A stretch of 64,000 bases of DNA, from assembly GCA_002269645.1 (NCBI GenBank), contig NIVC01000208.1:186001-250000 (forward strand), given 5' to 3'. Shown in pieces: positions 48,287-59,029 of this stretch. Positions within the stretch are counted from its first letter, which is position 1. Each line of letters starts with the position of its first letter. The notes beneath the pieces are model-generated. The model was given only the letters and a program-made list of their open reading frames with translations. It was not told the DNA's origin and did not search any database. Source of the DNA: Macrostomum lignano (Eukaryota). The position numbers were made by a program, and so were the translations under genes.

Positions 48287-51200
48287 ATGTTCAACGAACG
48301 AGACGAGAGCCGGTGCAGCAGCCGGCTGGATCAGCACATCAGCAGTTCGAGGCCTGCGGCAGCGGACGCCGCAGCAGCAGCAGCCAAAGAGCGGTTCTGG
48401 GCCGACTTCCTCGGCGATCTCGAAGCGAGCCCCGACCTTCAGAAGACCTGGAGGGTCATCCGCTCCCTGAGCAGCAGCAACGGCTCCGCAGCCCCTAACG
48501 CTGCCCTCTCTGTCAACGGCAAACCTGTCATATCGAACGCGGCCAAAGCCGATCATTTCATGCAGCACTACAGTGCGGTTAACCGGCTGTCCTTCTCTGC
48601 TGCCGACCGCCGCACCAACCGCCAAGCCCGCAAACTCCTCGGCAGGGCCGTCGCGACTGCCCCTCCGGAGTCCCCTATCTCCCAGGAGGAGCTGGATTCG
48701 GCGATCACCCGGCTCCGTGGCCGGGGAGCTGCCGGCCCCGACGACATCCCGCCGAGCTTCATCAAGGCGCTGGGCCCCCGCGCCCGGGCCAACCTGCTGA
48801 ACGTCTTCAACGAGTCCCTGACGACCGGTGTTGTCCCGGCCCCCTGGAGGAAGGCCACCATCATCCCCCTGCTCAAACAGGGGAAACCTGCCAGCCGCAT
48901 CGACAGCTTCCGGCCTGTCAGTCTGACGTCCTGCATCGTCAAGACCTTGGAGCGCGTCATCTTCTGCCGGCTCTACGACCTTGCCGAGGCCCGCGGCTGG
49001 ATCAGCTGCTGGCAATCTGGCTTCCGGCGCATGCGTTCCTGCGAGGACGCCATTCTTGAACTCACCCAGGCGATCAGCGATGGCTTCCAATCAAAGCCAC
49101 ACATCCGGAAGTTGCTGGCTCTCCTGGACTACAGCAGAGCCTACGACAGGGTGTGGCGGCAGATGCTTATCCTGATCATGCTTGAACTTGGCGCCCCGCC
49201 AATGCTGACCCGCTGGTGCTTCGCTTTCCTGAACGACCGCTGGGCGTCTACTTGCATCAACGGCGCCCTGAGCCATCCGCGGCCGCTTCGCCAGGGCCTG
49301 CCCCAAGGCTCGGTGCTTGCGCCCTTTCTCTTCCTGCTGTTCATCGATGGCGTGGTCCGGGTGTGCCCGCCCGGGGTCGCTCCGTCCCTGTACGCTGACG
49401 ACCTTGCCATCCGCGTCCAGAACAGTTCTGTGGCCGCGGCTACCAACTCCCTTCAGGAGGGCCTCGACGCGGTGGCCAGCTGGAGTCGCCAGATGAAGCT
49501 GACCCTGAATCCCTCGAAGAGCGTCGTCACGCTGTTTACGAACTACACCAGCGAAGCCGGCCTTCAGCCCCAGATCCTGCTCGAGGGCACGCCCCTCGCC
49601 GTGGACCCCAACCCGCGCTTTCTCGGCGTCAGCCTCGACAGGACGCTGACCTTCGGTCCTCACGTCCGCGACGTCACCTCCAAGGCTCGCGCCCGCTGCA
49701 ACGTCTTGGCCGCCTTGGCTCATCAGGACTGGGGCTGGCGCAAGGAGAAGCTTCGGACCGTCTACAACGCGCTCATTAAATCTGTGCTGGACTACGCCGC
49801 ACCGGCCTGGCAGCCGTGGATCAGCGAATCGCGCCGCGACGAGCTCGAACGGACCCAGAACCGAGCTCTCCGCCGCATCACTGGCCAACTACAGACCTCG
49901 CCCGTCGAGGCGCTCCGGCTTGAGGCTGGAGTCATCAGCTACAAAATGCACTCTAAGTGCCTCATCGCGCGATCATGGGAGAAAGCGCTCCGGCTGCCCG
50001 CTGACCACCCGCGGCACCGCGCCGCCGCGGGGATCGCCACCCATCGCCTTGTGCGGCCCAGCTGGCGGCTCGCGGCCTCTCAGCTCAGCGAAGTCCTGCC
50101 GCCCAGCCTGAGCAACCGCCAGCCGTTCTTCCCGCCGAGCGCTCCCACTCCCGTCCAGCCTACTCACCGCCTTCGCAGATTCTGCAGCACCCTCCCGCTG
50201 CTCGTCACGCCTACCGAACCTGACCTCTGCCGCAACACCGCCACCGACTGCATCCGGGAGCTGACGGCGTCGCTCTCCGCACCGGTCTGGACGGTGTACA
50301 CCGACGGCTCCGCCACCGGGGGGATGCTTTCCGGAGGCCACGCTTTTGTGGTTACGGAGGGCGATCCGTCTGCCCCGACTGTCGTCCATGCCGAGGCCCG
50401 CCGCGGCTCGCCCATTACGTCCAGCTTCGACGAGGAGGTCGCCGCCCTGTCCGCCGCCCTTTGCTGGGTGCACGCCGGTACCAGCGCTACCTCCCCCCCG
50501 TCCTTGGTCATCTGCTCGGACAGCCGCAGCATGATCGATGCGCTCGCCTCCAACAACCGCGGCGTCGGTCCTGCCCTGCAGGCGCTGGCCCTGACGGACG
50601 CAGACATCATCATTCAATGGGTGCCCAGCCACTGCGGCGTCCCGGGCAACGAGCACGCCGACCGCCTAGCCAAGGAGGGCTGCGCCCTGCCTTCTTCTGC
50701 TGCCCCCGTGTCCTTCAACGCCGCCGCCGCCGTCTGCCGTAGAGTCCTCAGTGACCCGCCGGCGGCCCATGCGCGCATACGGGAGGCTTACCGCCTCGTC
50801 TCTCCAGCCCGCGATCGGGAGGCTATCGCCTCGCGCGCTGATCAAAGACTGCTCGCCCAGCTTCGCACCGGCCACTCCACGGCGCTCAGGGCCTATCATG
50901 CTGTCCTGAACCCGGCCGTGCCCGCCACTTGTGCCCGGTGCGCCGAAGCGGACGACACCATCGACCACTGGCTCTGCGACTGCCCGGCCCTTTACACCAG
51001 ACGGACGCAGATTTTTGGTACTCCTCGGCCCCCGCTGTCGGTCCTGGGTTCGGATCCGGCCGGCGTGGTTGCACTGGCTCGCGCGACCCTGTGCCACGCG
51101 AGGTGCTAGCCTGCAGCAAAGCAAAGCAAAGCAAAGCAGCAGCAGCGATCAACGACTTTGGTCAGCAGCCAACGCCGAGGCAAGGTGCGAGAAGCGAGGT

Positions 51201-52218
51201 GTCCGACGACCCGCCAGACGAGCTTCTGCAAGGCCTGGACAACATCGGCCGGAACATCATGCACCAGGACATGAGGACCATGATGGCAGCTCTGCAGCAG
51301 CAGATGGAGCGGCCCGTGAGTAAACAAGTTAAAATTGTGAAGTTTACTCCAAGTCAGGACATTCATGTCTGGCTTGCCGCGTTCGAGCAGCGTTGCGAGA
51401 TGGAGCGCATCGTCGACCCGTTCGAGATGAAACAACACCTCATCGCGAGTCTTGATTTGGCTACTGCGTATCCTTCCTTGCTTAGTATGAATCTTCCGCG
51501 TTTCGCCAGCTACGAGGAGGTCAAGCAGCGTCTGATTGAGCGATTTGCCCGTCATGGTGGTGCTGATGAGTACAGAGAACTGTTGCGACGTCGTCAACAA
51601 GGCAAGAATGAGTCAGCAGAAGAGTTTGCTGACGCCCTGAGAACTCTTGGTGAACGTGTATCCTCGGATGCACCCTGAAGACCGCGAGAAGGAGATTGCG
51701 GATCAATTTCTTGCTGGTATTCGGACGACTCCAGACCTGCGTGAACGGCTGTACTGGGTCCGCCCAAATAATCTTCTTGCTGCGATTCGAGAACTACGAC
51801 GACTAGAAGGCGCCAAAGAATTGGCGCAGCGAACCGCTCAACCCCGGTTAGGATGTTGGACGGGGAGCAGGACGGCGACCCGAAGCCCGACGTCACCGCC
51901 CAAGCCTTGCTAACTCTAACCGACTTGATCGAGAAGCAGCAGCGACTGCTTGATCACCTAGTGCAGCGTGACCAGCAGCAGGTAGCAAGTCCGCCGCAGA
52001 GGGCCATAGTCCGTTATGGCTGCGGACAGCCAGGTCACCGCATTACCCAGTGCCCGATGCGCCAGAACCAGGGAAACGGCCAGGCGGAGAGCGACAACGG
52101 CACCGCCCTCCGCGAGGTCCAAGTCCAGGCTACGTGGCAGACTCCGAGAGGTCACCAGAAGAAGAGGATGTCGGCTGTGCAGGCGCCAATGCCCACTCCG
52201 ACAGTCGCTCGTCAGTAA
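48287..52218 (+). pseudogene. Gypsy gag, split by the LINE insertion; frameshifted
   Basis: MFNERDES...DAAAA[A/LINE]INDFGQQ...KF.PSQDIHVWLAAFEQRC...EEFADALR...DQFLAGI...GCGQPGHRITQC. Confidence 0.8.
48385..51135 (+). mobile_element. 5'-truncated I-group LINE (RT + RNase H + C-terminal CCHC), (GCAAA)n tail, 11-bp TSD
   Basis: FRPVSLTS, LLDYSRAYDRVW, GLPQGSVLAP, LYADD, FLGVSLD; RNase H YTDGS...E...SDSRS...WVPSHCGVPGNEHADRLAK; CARC...TIDHWLCDC; TSD gcagcagcagc at 48374-84 and 51136-46. Confidence 0.92.
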
Positions 52219-52259
52219 GTGACGCGGAGTGCGGAGGTTTCGTGGACACCTCCCCGAAT

Positions 52260-55200
52260 CAAAAAATCCATGCGCGTGAGGCCGATCCGTACGTCACAGG
52301 TCGAGTTGCGAGTCGAGAGGTCCCTTTCTTGCTTGACAGCGGCAGCCGGAAAAACTTTCTTGGTTCGTCAACCTGGGCCGCTATTAGACGCCGGATGCCT
52401 CGTATTATATCGCATGCTATTCCCGATTGCGTAACTATGTATGATGGGACGCAGCTCCCACTTGCTTGTAAGGTGTCCATTCCGGTGGAGTTCGGTGATG
52501 TCGTCGCGGACACCGAATTCCTCGTCATGGTCTCCGATTGCGAAAATTTGCTTGGCGTATCGTTTATGCGAGAGCACTGCCAGAACTTGGACTTCGCTCA
52601 AGGAATGTTGAAGTTTAACAATGGCGCGTGCATCCCCGTTCGTTATTCGCGGCGTGAGCTTCAGAACTGCCGAGTGTACACCTCTGAGAAGTGCACTCTG
52701 CCGCCTAGAAGTTCAGCGCTGCTTGCCGTCAGACTGGATGACGGCCACCCTGAGAATCGAGGATCGCCATCAATTGTCGAGCTGGTTAAGTCGAGGCTGC
52801 ATCCCAGCTGCAACGCTCTGGAAGCAGCGCCTGCTCTGATGACGATGCCTGAAGGTCGCGGCTACATTGAGGTCGTCAACACCGCCGACAGCGAGGTGTT
52901 CCTGCAAGCCGGTATCCGTGTTGGTGTTGCAACCCCACTCCGAACTGCCGACCTGATGTACTTGAGCGAGACGCCCGAACCTGAAGTGCGACACCTCCCG
53001 AAGAACTCTGAAGAGTCCAGCACAGCATGGCTAGATGAAGTCGAGATCAACAGCGAATTGTCCAAAGAACAACATCAAAGAGTGCGAGATCTACTAGTCG
53101 AATGTCAAGCGGCCTTCTCCAAGCACTCGCTAGACGCCGGCCTGACTCACCTGGTGACCCACGAGATCATCTTGAAGGACCGGACACCAGTCGCGCTACC
53201 ACCGCGCCGAATCCCGCTTCATCTGAAGGACAAACTTGACGCCCTGCTGGACGAGATGTTGGCGAAGCACATCATTCGCCCTGCCTACTCGAGCTACAAT
53301 TCGCCAATGCTCATCGTGCCCATGAAGGACGGCAACATCCGACTAGTCCACGACTTCAGAGCTCTCAACAACAGGTGTGTGTATCACCCGTATCCGCTGC
53401 CGCACATCCAGGAAACCTTCGCGAAGCTTCGTGGTGCTCAGTGGTATTCCAGCTTGGACCTTGCTCAAGGATTCTGGCAGATCCCGCTGCGCGACTGCGA
53501 CCAGCACTTGACGGCATTCTCAGTAATCGACCGCGCCAATTCTGTTTCAACGTTCTACCGATGGGTCTCCACGATAGTCCCGGCAGCTTTCAGCGTTGCA
53601 TCAATAAGCTCCTGGACGGCCTGACGCCAAGGACTGCGCTTGGCTACATGGATGACATCGTGGTGCACTTAGTGACTTTCGAGGAACAGCTGGATAATTT
53701 GCGAACTGTACTCCAGCGCATCATCGCAGCCAACCTCAAAGTGAAACCGAAGAAGTGTCATTTGTTCCTCAAGGAGCTGCATTATTTAGGTCACGTCCTG
53801 ACTCCCGACGGCCTGAAGACCTGTGAGGACAAGATTGCGCAGATCCGTGATTGGCCCGTGCCACAGTCCGTGACTTAACTGAGACAATTCCTAGGCCTCG
53901 CCAATTACTACCACAAGTTTGTCGACGGCTACGCTGGAGTGGCTGCGCCGCTGCATGCCCTGACGCGAAAGGACATTGGCAGCCTGCGGCAGCACTGGAC
54001 TCCCGAGCATCAGGTAGCGTTCGACACCTTGAAGAAGAAATTGTGTTCTACTGAAGTTCTCGCTCTGCCTGAATTTAATTCTGATCCTGCTGTGAAGTTT
54101 GTCCTCGACACGAATGCCTCTGATATTCGAATAGGCGCTTGCCTTGGACAACTGCAATCCGACGGCGTCGAACGTCCAATTGCATTCTTTAGCCGTAAAC
54201 TTCGCGATCCTGAGAAGCGCTACACGGTCACGAAGAAAGAGCTACTTGCAATTGTGGACGCTATGCGACATTTCCGTCATTACCTAATCGGCAAGAAGTT
54301 TGAAGTTCGATCCGATCATCGGGCCTTACTGTGGTTACTGAACCAGACTCAGGCCACAGGTATTTTAGGCCACTGGATCGAACGCCTAAGCGAGTTCCGC
54401 TTCCAGCTCAACCACCGCAAGGGCAAGGACCACGCCAACGCTGATGCCCTGTCAAGAGGACCGGAGGCGCCGCCGATCTCCTTCGAGCATGGCAGACTGC
54501 TAGAGCAACCTGGTTCTACAGCCCGACCCGGTGACGACCACGACCTGGAACCGGATTTGGACCCGAAACCCGAGGCCACTGCCAGAGCAGCCCTCCTGAA
54601 GACAGTCCACTCTCGCTGCTTGGAGGCCGAGACTGACCTGGACGAAGACCTGGAAGCCACCGCGCCAGCAGCCTTCCAGCACGACGCCCACCGCTGCAGT
54701 CAACGCCTGGAGACCGGCCTGGACGACAACTCAGAGGCCACTGCGACAACAGTCCTCTGCCGCGATGCCCATGCCGCCCGCTGCAATTTGGAGACCAACC
54801 TGGACGAAGACCTTGAGGCCACTGGGGACACAGACCTTGACGACGCCCAAGACTACAGGTCTCGGACTCTGGAGACGCACACGGACCAAGATTCAAAGGC
54901 CACCGCACCAGCAGCCCTTCTGATGACGGCCCGCAACGCAACTCCAGGCAAGCAATTTAACTACAACCCCTCCGAGCCTTTCGCTGAGATTTCTCGCCGT
55001 GTTGACAGAGGCCAGAATCTCGCGCCAGCTGCAAGGTCGAAGCTCTGTCCCCCGGGCCGACAGACAGCTGCTCATCGCCTGTGCGGAAAGTCGAGTCCCC
55101 CTTTGCGACACCGTCCAGTGCAGGAGAAGACTCACCCAATTTCGACGACGACTGAGCCGACGGCTACGGCTGCCTGTGACGAGGCGTGCTTCACGTGTTG

Positions 55201-56682
55201 CGTCCCGCCCTACAGCCAAGAGTCGCCTGGGCTAGGCAGTGGAGGCATGCGCGCTGCTCCATCTGCGGAATTTTCTGTCAAGAGAGCGACGATGAGAACT
55301 TCGAAACGAGATCAACGGACGTACTCCGACGTTGAGACAAAGTCCCTCGGAGCGACCTAATCCTGACGCCGACAAGACGGTGCCGTGTGATCGACTTGGA
55401 GCCATTAAAGCGGAGACTGCGGGAATCCGGACCCCTCAGCCATGCCACGCTGTGCTCACTGATTTTCTGAAGCTGCCGATGACTCGCCAACAGTTCGTTG
55501 ACGCCCAACGCGCTGACCGAGCCATCAGCTACGTGCTCAACCTGGTCGAGAACGAAGCCCCGAAGCCTGAGTTCGACGCCCGGTTGCGACTGACGAAGGA
55601 GCAGCGGAACCTGCTCGGATACTACGATAACCTGGAGGAGGACAACGGCCTGCTGCTGATTGACCTGTCCGATGGCCAGCAGCCGCCAAAGGTTGTTCTG
55701 CCTGAGGCCCTTGACGCCCAGGTGCTCCAGGAGCTCCACAGTTCGCCACTGTGTGGACACCTCGGCGAGACGAAGACGTTACTGCGGCTACTCTGGAGAC
55801 CCGGATTAGCCCGTGCTACCAAGACCTTCATCAGTAAGTGCCGCACCTGCCTTGAAAGTAAATCGCGACGGCGAGAGAGAGTTCCGGTCCAGAGCTTCCC
55901 AGTTTGCGAAGTTCTGGGTTGTCTACAAGATTCGACGGAGACTGCCCAACCCGAGAGCTAGACGAGACGAACTAGTCGTCCATCGCCGGAACCTTCTGCT
56001 CGTGCCTGACGCTGACTACACGAGGACATCTGATCCTGAAGTCGACAAGCCGAAGAAACGCCGGCGGCCGCCCGACGTCCCCGATTGCGCAGGACCCGCG
56101 ACCCTGACGCCGATTCCCGAAGACGACCAGGACGACCCCGACGATGATGATGATGACGGCTACGACGCAAGGCCGGCCTTCCGATGGCACTTCCGGCCTT
56201 TGGCGATCCCGGAGGTGCAGCCAGGAGGTGGACCGGTCACGACACCAGCAAACCAGGCAAGTGCACTTCGGCGTGAGCCAGTGCCGTATGGTGAATGTCA
56301 TTTGCATGAGCCTGTTCTTGATGCGTCTATGCCTGCTGTTTCTTTTCCGCCCGTTTCTGCTCCCGTCCCCAGTGCTGATTTTTCTGTGGTCCAGACCCCT
56401 GGGCCGTCGCTATGCACCACTCCGGTGGAAGCGCCTGTAGGAATTGTAGATGCCGGTAGGCCGGCTAGGAATCGTAGGCAGCCTGAGAGGCTGATTATTA
56501 ATCCTAGGGCCAAGACTTATGTTAGCCGCATCGCCCGCATCCGCTCGCAAATTGAACCGCATTTCAGCACAGAAATGCACCGCCGAGCATTCAAGCGCAC
56601 TGAGCGCTCGCCAACCGAAGAGGACCGAGCCTCTTCCCGCCGCAACCGGCCTAGGACGGAGTTGCCGTTTCCAACGGACTAG
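52260..56682 (+). pseudogene. Gypsy pol: protease, RT, RNase H, integrase (catalytic core deleted); frameshifts and stops
   Basis: FLLDSGS; SSLDLAQGFWQI, LPMGL, GYMDD, YLGH; VLDTNAS...YTVTKKELLAIV...SDHRAL...ADALSR; LHSSPLCGHLG...CRTC; jumps at ~55905 to VYKIRR...VVHRRNLL; ends RNRRQPERL. Confidence 0.9.
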
Positions 56683-56687
56683 GCGAG

Positions 56688-57362
56688 ATGAATATCGCAG
56701 TAGATTGCGTTGCTGACACGATTAGCAGCAGCAGTACGACTGCTGGTGGTGGCGCTTCTGCGGCCGCGGTGTCTGCAGCTCCGTTGCTGGACGACATGGA
56801 CCTGCGCGCTCAGATCCGAATGTCGTCAGTGAACCAGCGGAAACGTGAGCCCGAGACGAGGTCCTTGACAGCGCGCTGTCCCGACGTTGTCGTGTCGGCC
56901 ACCGACTATGCAAAGATAAAGCATGCTGTGTCCGCCTATGTCAAGGGAGGTTACAGGAGTACTGACGCAGATAAATTGCTTCGGACCTTGTACCTAGCAA
57001 TTTTCACGGAAGATGAGCTGACTACCTGCTCTTACACGGGACGTAGGTCGACAAAAACTGGTCCGCCACCAAAAGCGGAAGTGGCAAAGAGAAAAAAATT
57101 CGCCATTAAGGCGTTTATTCACGGCCTGCAGTTTCCCAACCAAATTCCGGAAAGAAACTATGCCGAGATGTTTAAGTGCATTGGATTCTGTACTGCGCGA
57201 AAACTAAAAAAATCGCTCAAAGTGGCACCCAGCGGCGATAATAAAAGAAGCAATGAGGTGGCGACGATCGACATCGATGCCGATGAGGACGCCAACAGTG
57301 GTGACAACGGCGATCACAATGACGACGAAGCTGCAGCCTCTCATCCATCTGCAAATCCATGA
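56688..57362 (+). CDS. Intact 224-aa ORF with BEN-domain-like core, directly after pol
   Basis: ATG 5 nt after the preceding stop; KLLRTLYLAIFTEDELTTCSYTGRRS...PPP...KFAIKAFI matches the BEN pattern; acidic tail. Confidence 0.6.
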   Translation: MNIAVDCVADTISSSSTTAGGGASAAAVSAAPLLDDMDLRAQIRMSSVNQRKREPETRSLTARCPDVVVSATDYAKIKHAVSAYVKGGYRSTDADKLLRTLYLAIFTEDELTTCSYTGRRSTKTGPPPKAEVAKRKKFAIKAFIHGLQFPNQIPERNYAEMFKCIGFCTARKLKKSLKVAPSGDNKRSNEVATIDIDADEDANSGDNGDHNDDEAAASHPSANP

Positions 57363-57652
57363 GTCGAAGTGTACACAGACTGAAATGCAGCCATTTCAGG
57401 CATTTTATTATTAACTGGGCGTTTTCTGACCTTATCGGGAATTATAGAAAATGGAGAGAGTGGGAGGGAGAAATTTGTGTATGCAACATATCATGTTACG
57501 TTAGGCATTGTGCTAAACTAAACAAAGCTAAACTACACAAAGCTAAATTAAACAAAGCTAAACTAAACCTAAACGTCGCAGTACAATTGGTTTCTAAACT
57601 GCTTAACTTTTGGTCGCACACGTCTGCCATGTCCCACTAGTTCAATTAATTG

Positions 57653-57845
57653 TTTTTTGGCGCACTTCTGCGATGTCCCACAAATTCAACTAGTTCTTTT
57701 TGGCGCACTTCTGCGATGTCCCACTAGTTCAACTAGTTCTTTTTTGGCGCACTTCTGCGATGTCCCACTAGTTCAACTAGTTCTTTTTTTGGCGCACTTC
57801 TGCGATGTCCCACTACTTCAACTAGTTCTTTTTTGGCGCACTTCT
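57653..57845. repeat. ~42-bp tandem repeat (ttttggcgcacttctgcgatgtcccactagttcaactagttc) x~4.5
   Basis: Direct observation. Confidence 0.92.
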
Positions 57846-58014
57846 GGTAACTATATGCACCATATAATGCATTTGAATACTAGCGCGCTTCGCGTAAAGC
57901 TTTATTGCTGTAACTACTGGTTATTTCACATCTAATATATTTCTGCTGATTTGTATTCCTGTTACTTATTTACATATTATAATACTGTTGGTCAATAGTC
58001 AGAAAAGGAACACA

Positions 58015-58330
58015 CAAGGTCACAAAACGGTCACAAAATACGGTAACAGTAAACAGTAACATAGTACCCTAAACAAAACTGTCACAAAGTATGGTAACAT
58101 TGATCGGTAACATGTGACCCTGAACAAAACGGTCACAAAGTATGGTAACATTGATCGGTAACATGTGAGTCTGAACAAACGGTAGCAAACTACAGTAACA
58201 TTGATCGGTAACATGTGACTCTGAAAAAACGGTCACAAATATGGTAACTATGAACGGTATCGTGTTACCTTATTATCATGAACATAAACGGTCACAATAA
58301 ACGGTCACAATCATTACAGACCACGGTATC
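58015..58330. repeat. ~51-bp tandem repeat (ggtaacattgatcggtaacatgtgac...ggtcacaaa) family
   Basis: Three clear units 58094-58250 plus degenerate flanks. Confidence 0.8.
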
Positions 58331-58401
58331 AAGTGGAACGGTAGCAGCCCCTTTTTGTGACCGTTTTGTTTTATACGGGCTTGCGAATTTTCTGGCCAGG
58401 G

Positions 58402-58686
58402 ATGCACTTCCGCTTGCGAACAGCCGAGGCTTATCATCTGGGCGTACTCTTGAACTTGAGAGCCATGAATCGCGAGAATGTCGCCGGTAGACCAATTATT
58501 CAAGAGAATATACGTCACAAAACTAATGTGACAAATCTAATAGCTTTATTTTTTACAGTCGGACTCTGCCGATTCTGCCTGCGGCGCGGCCACATCGCGG
58601 CAGAGTGCCGTGATCTACCCCGCCGCAACCGCAGCCGCAGCCGCAGCCGCAGCCGCAGCGGCAGCCGCAGCACCGTTGAAGAATGA
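58402..58686 (+). CDS. Possible mini-gene: CCHC zinc knuckle + RS dipeptide tail, 72-bp intron 58487-58558
   Basis: CRFCLRRGHIAAEC followed by RNRSRSRSRSRSGSRS; g|gtagac donor and ttttacag acceptor preserve frame. Confidence 0.4.
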   Translation: MHFRLRTAEAYHLGVLLNLRAMNRENVAGRPIIQENIRHKTNVTNLIALFFTVGLCRFCLRRGHIAAECRDLPRRNRSRSRSRSRSGSRSTVEE

Positions 58687-59029
58687 AGAAGTTTTCTATC
58701 CAAACGTTTTCTGTTTCTGACACCTGACAAATTGATAAGTTCAGTAGCATAACTCTATACATAGCAACTGTTGAGAGTTTTTTTAAACGATAAAAATGAT
58801 TTCCTATATTCCCTAGATTTCCTATTCCTTTTTATTATTTGCTATATGTATACTCTGTCAGTTGCTAGGGCACACATTTTACTACATAAACAGTTTTTGA
58901 AGTAGTTTAACAATTGCTTAATTAAAAATTGTAAAAGAAAGCGTACAAATAATTTGTCAAATAAAGATCCACAGAATTTATTACTGGGCACTTGTTCTGT
59001 CTGTCCAGTTTGTTAACCTGGAATGGAAC

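Noticed and set aside
48164-51124. Long antisense ORFs (308, 265, 227 aa)
   Set aside because: Shadow frames of a GC-rich RT coding sequence; no recognisable domains
57453-57500. PPT followed by a 3' LTR
   Set aside because: Purine run is present, but the following sequence does not match the LTR at 47200
58357-58400. FYTGLRI looks like an integrase box I motif
   Set aside because: Isolated heptapeptide with no other recombinase motif; probably intronic
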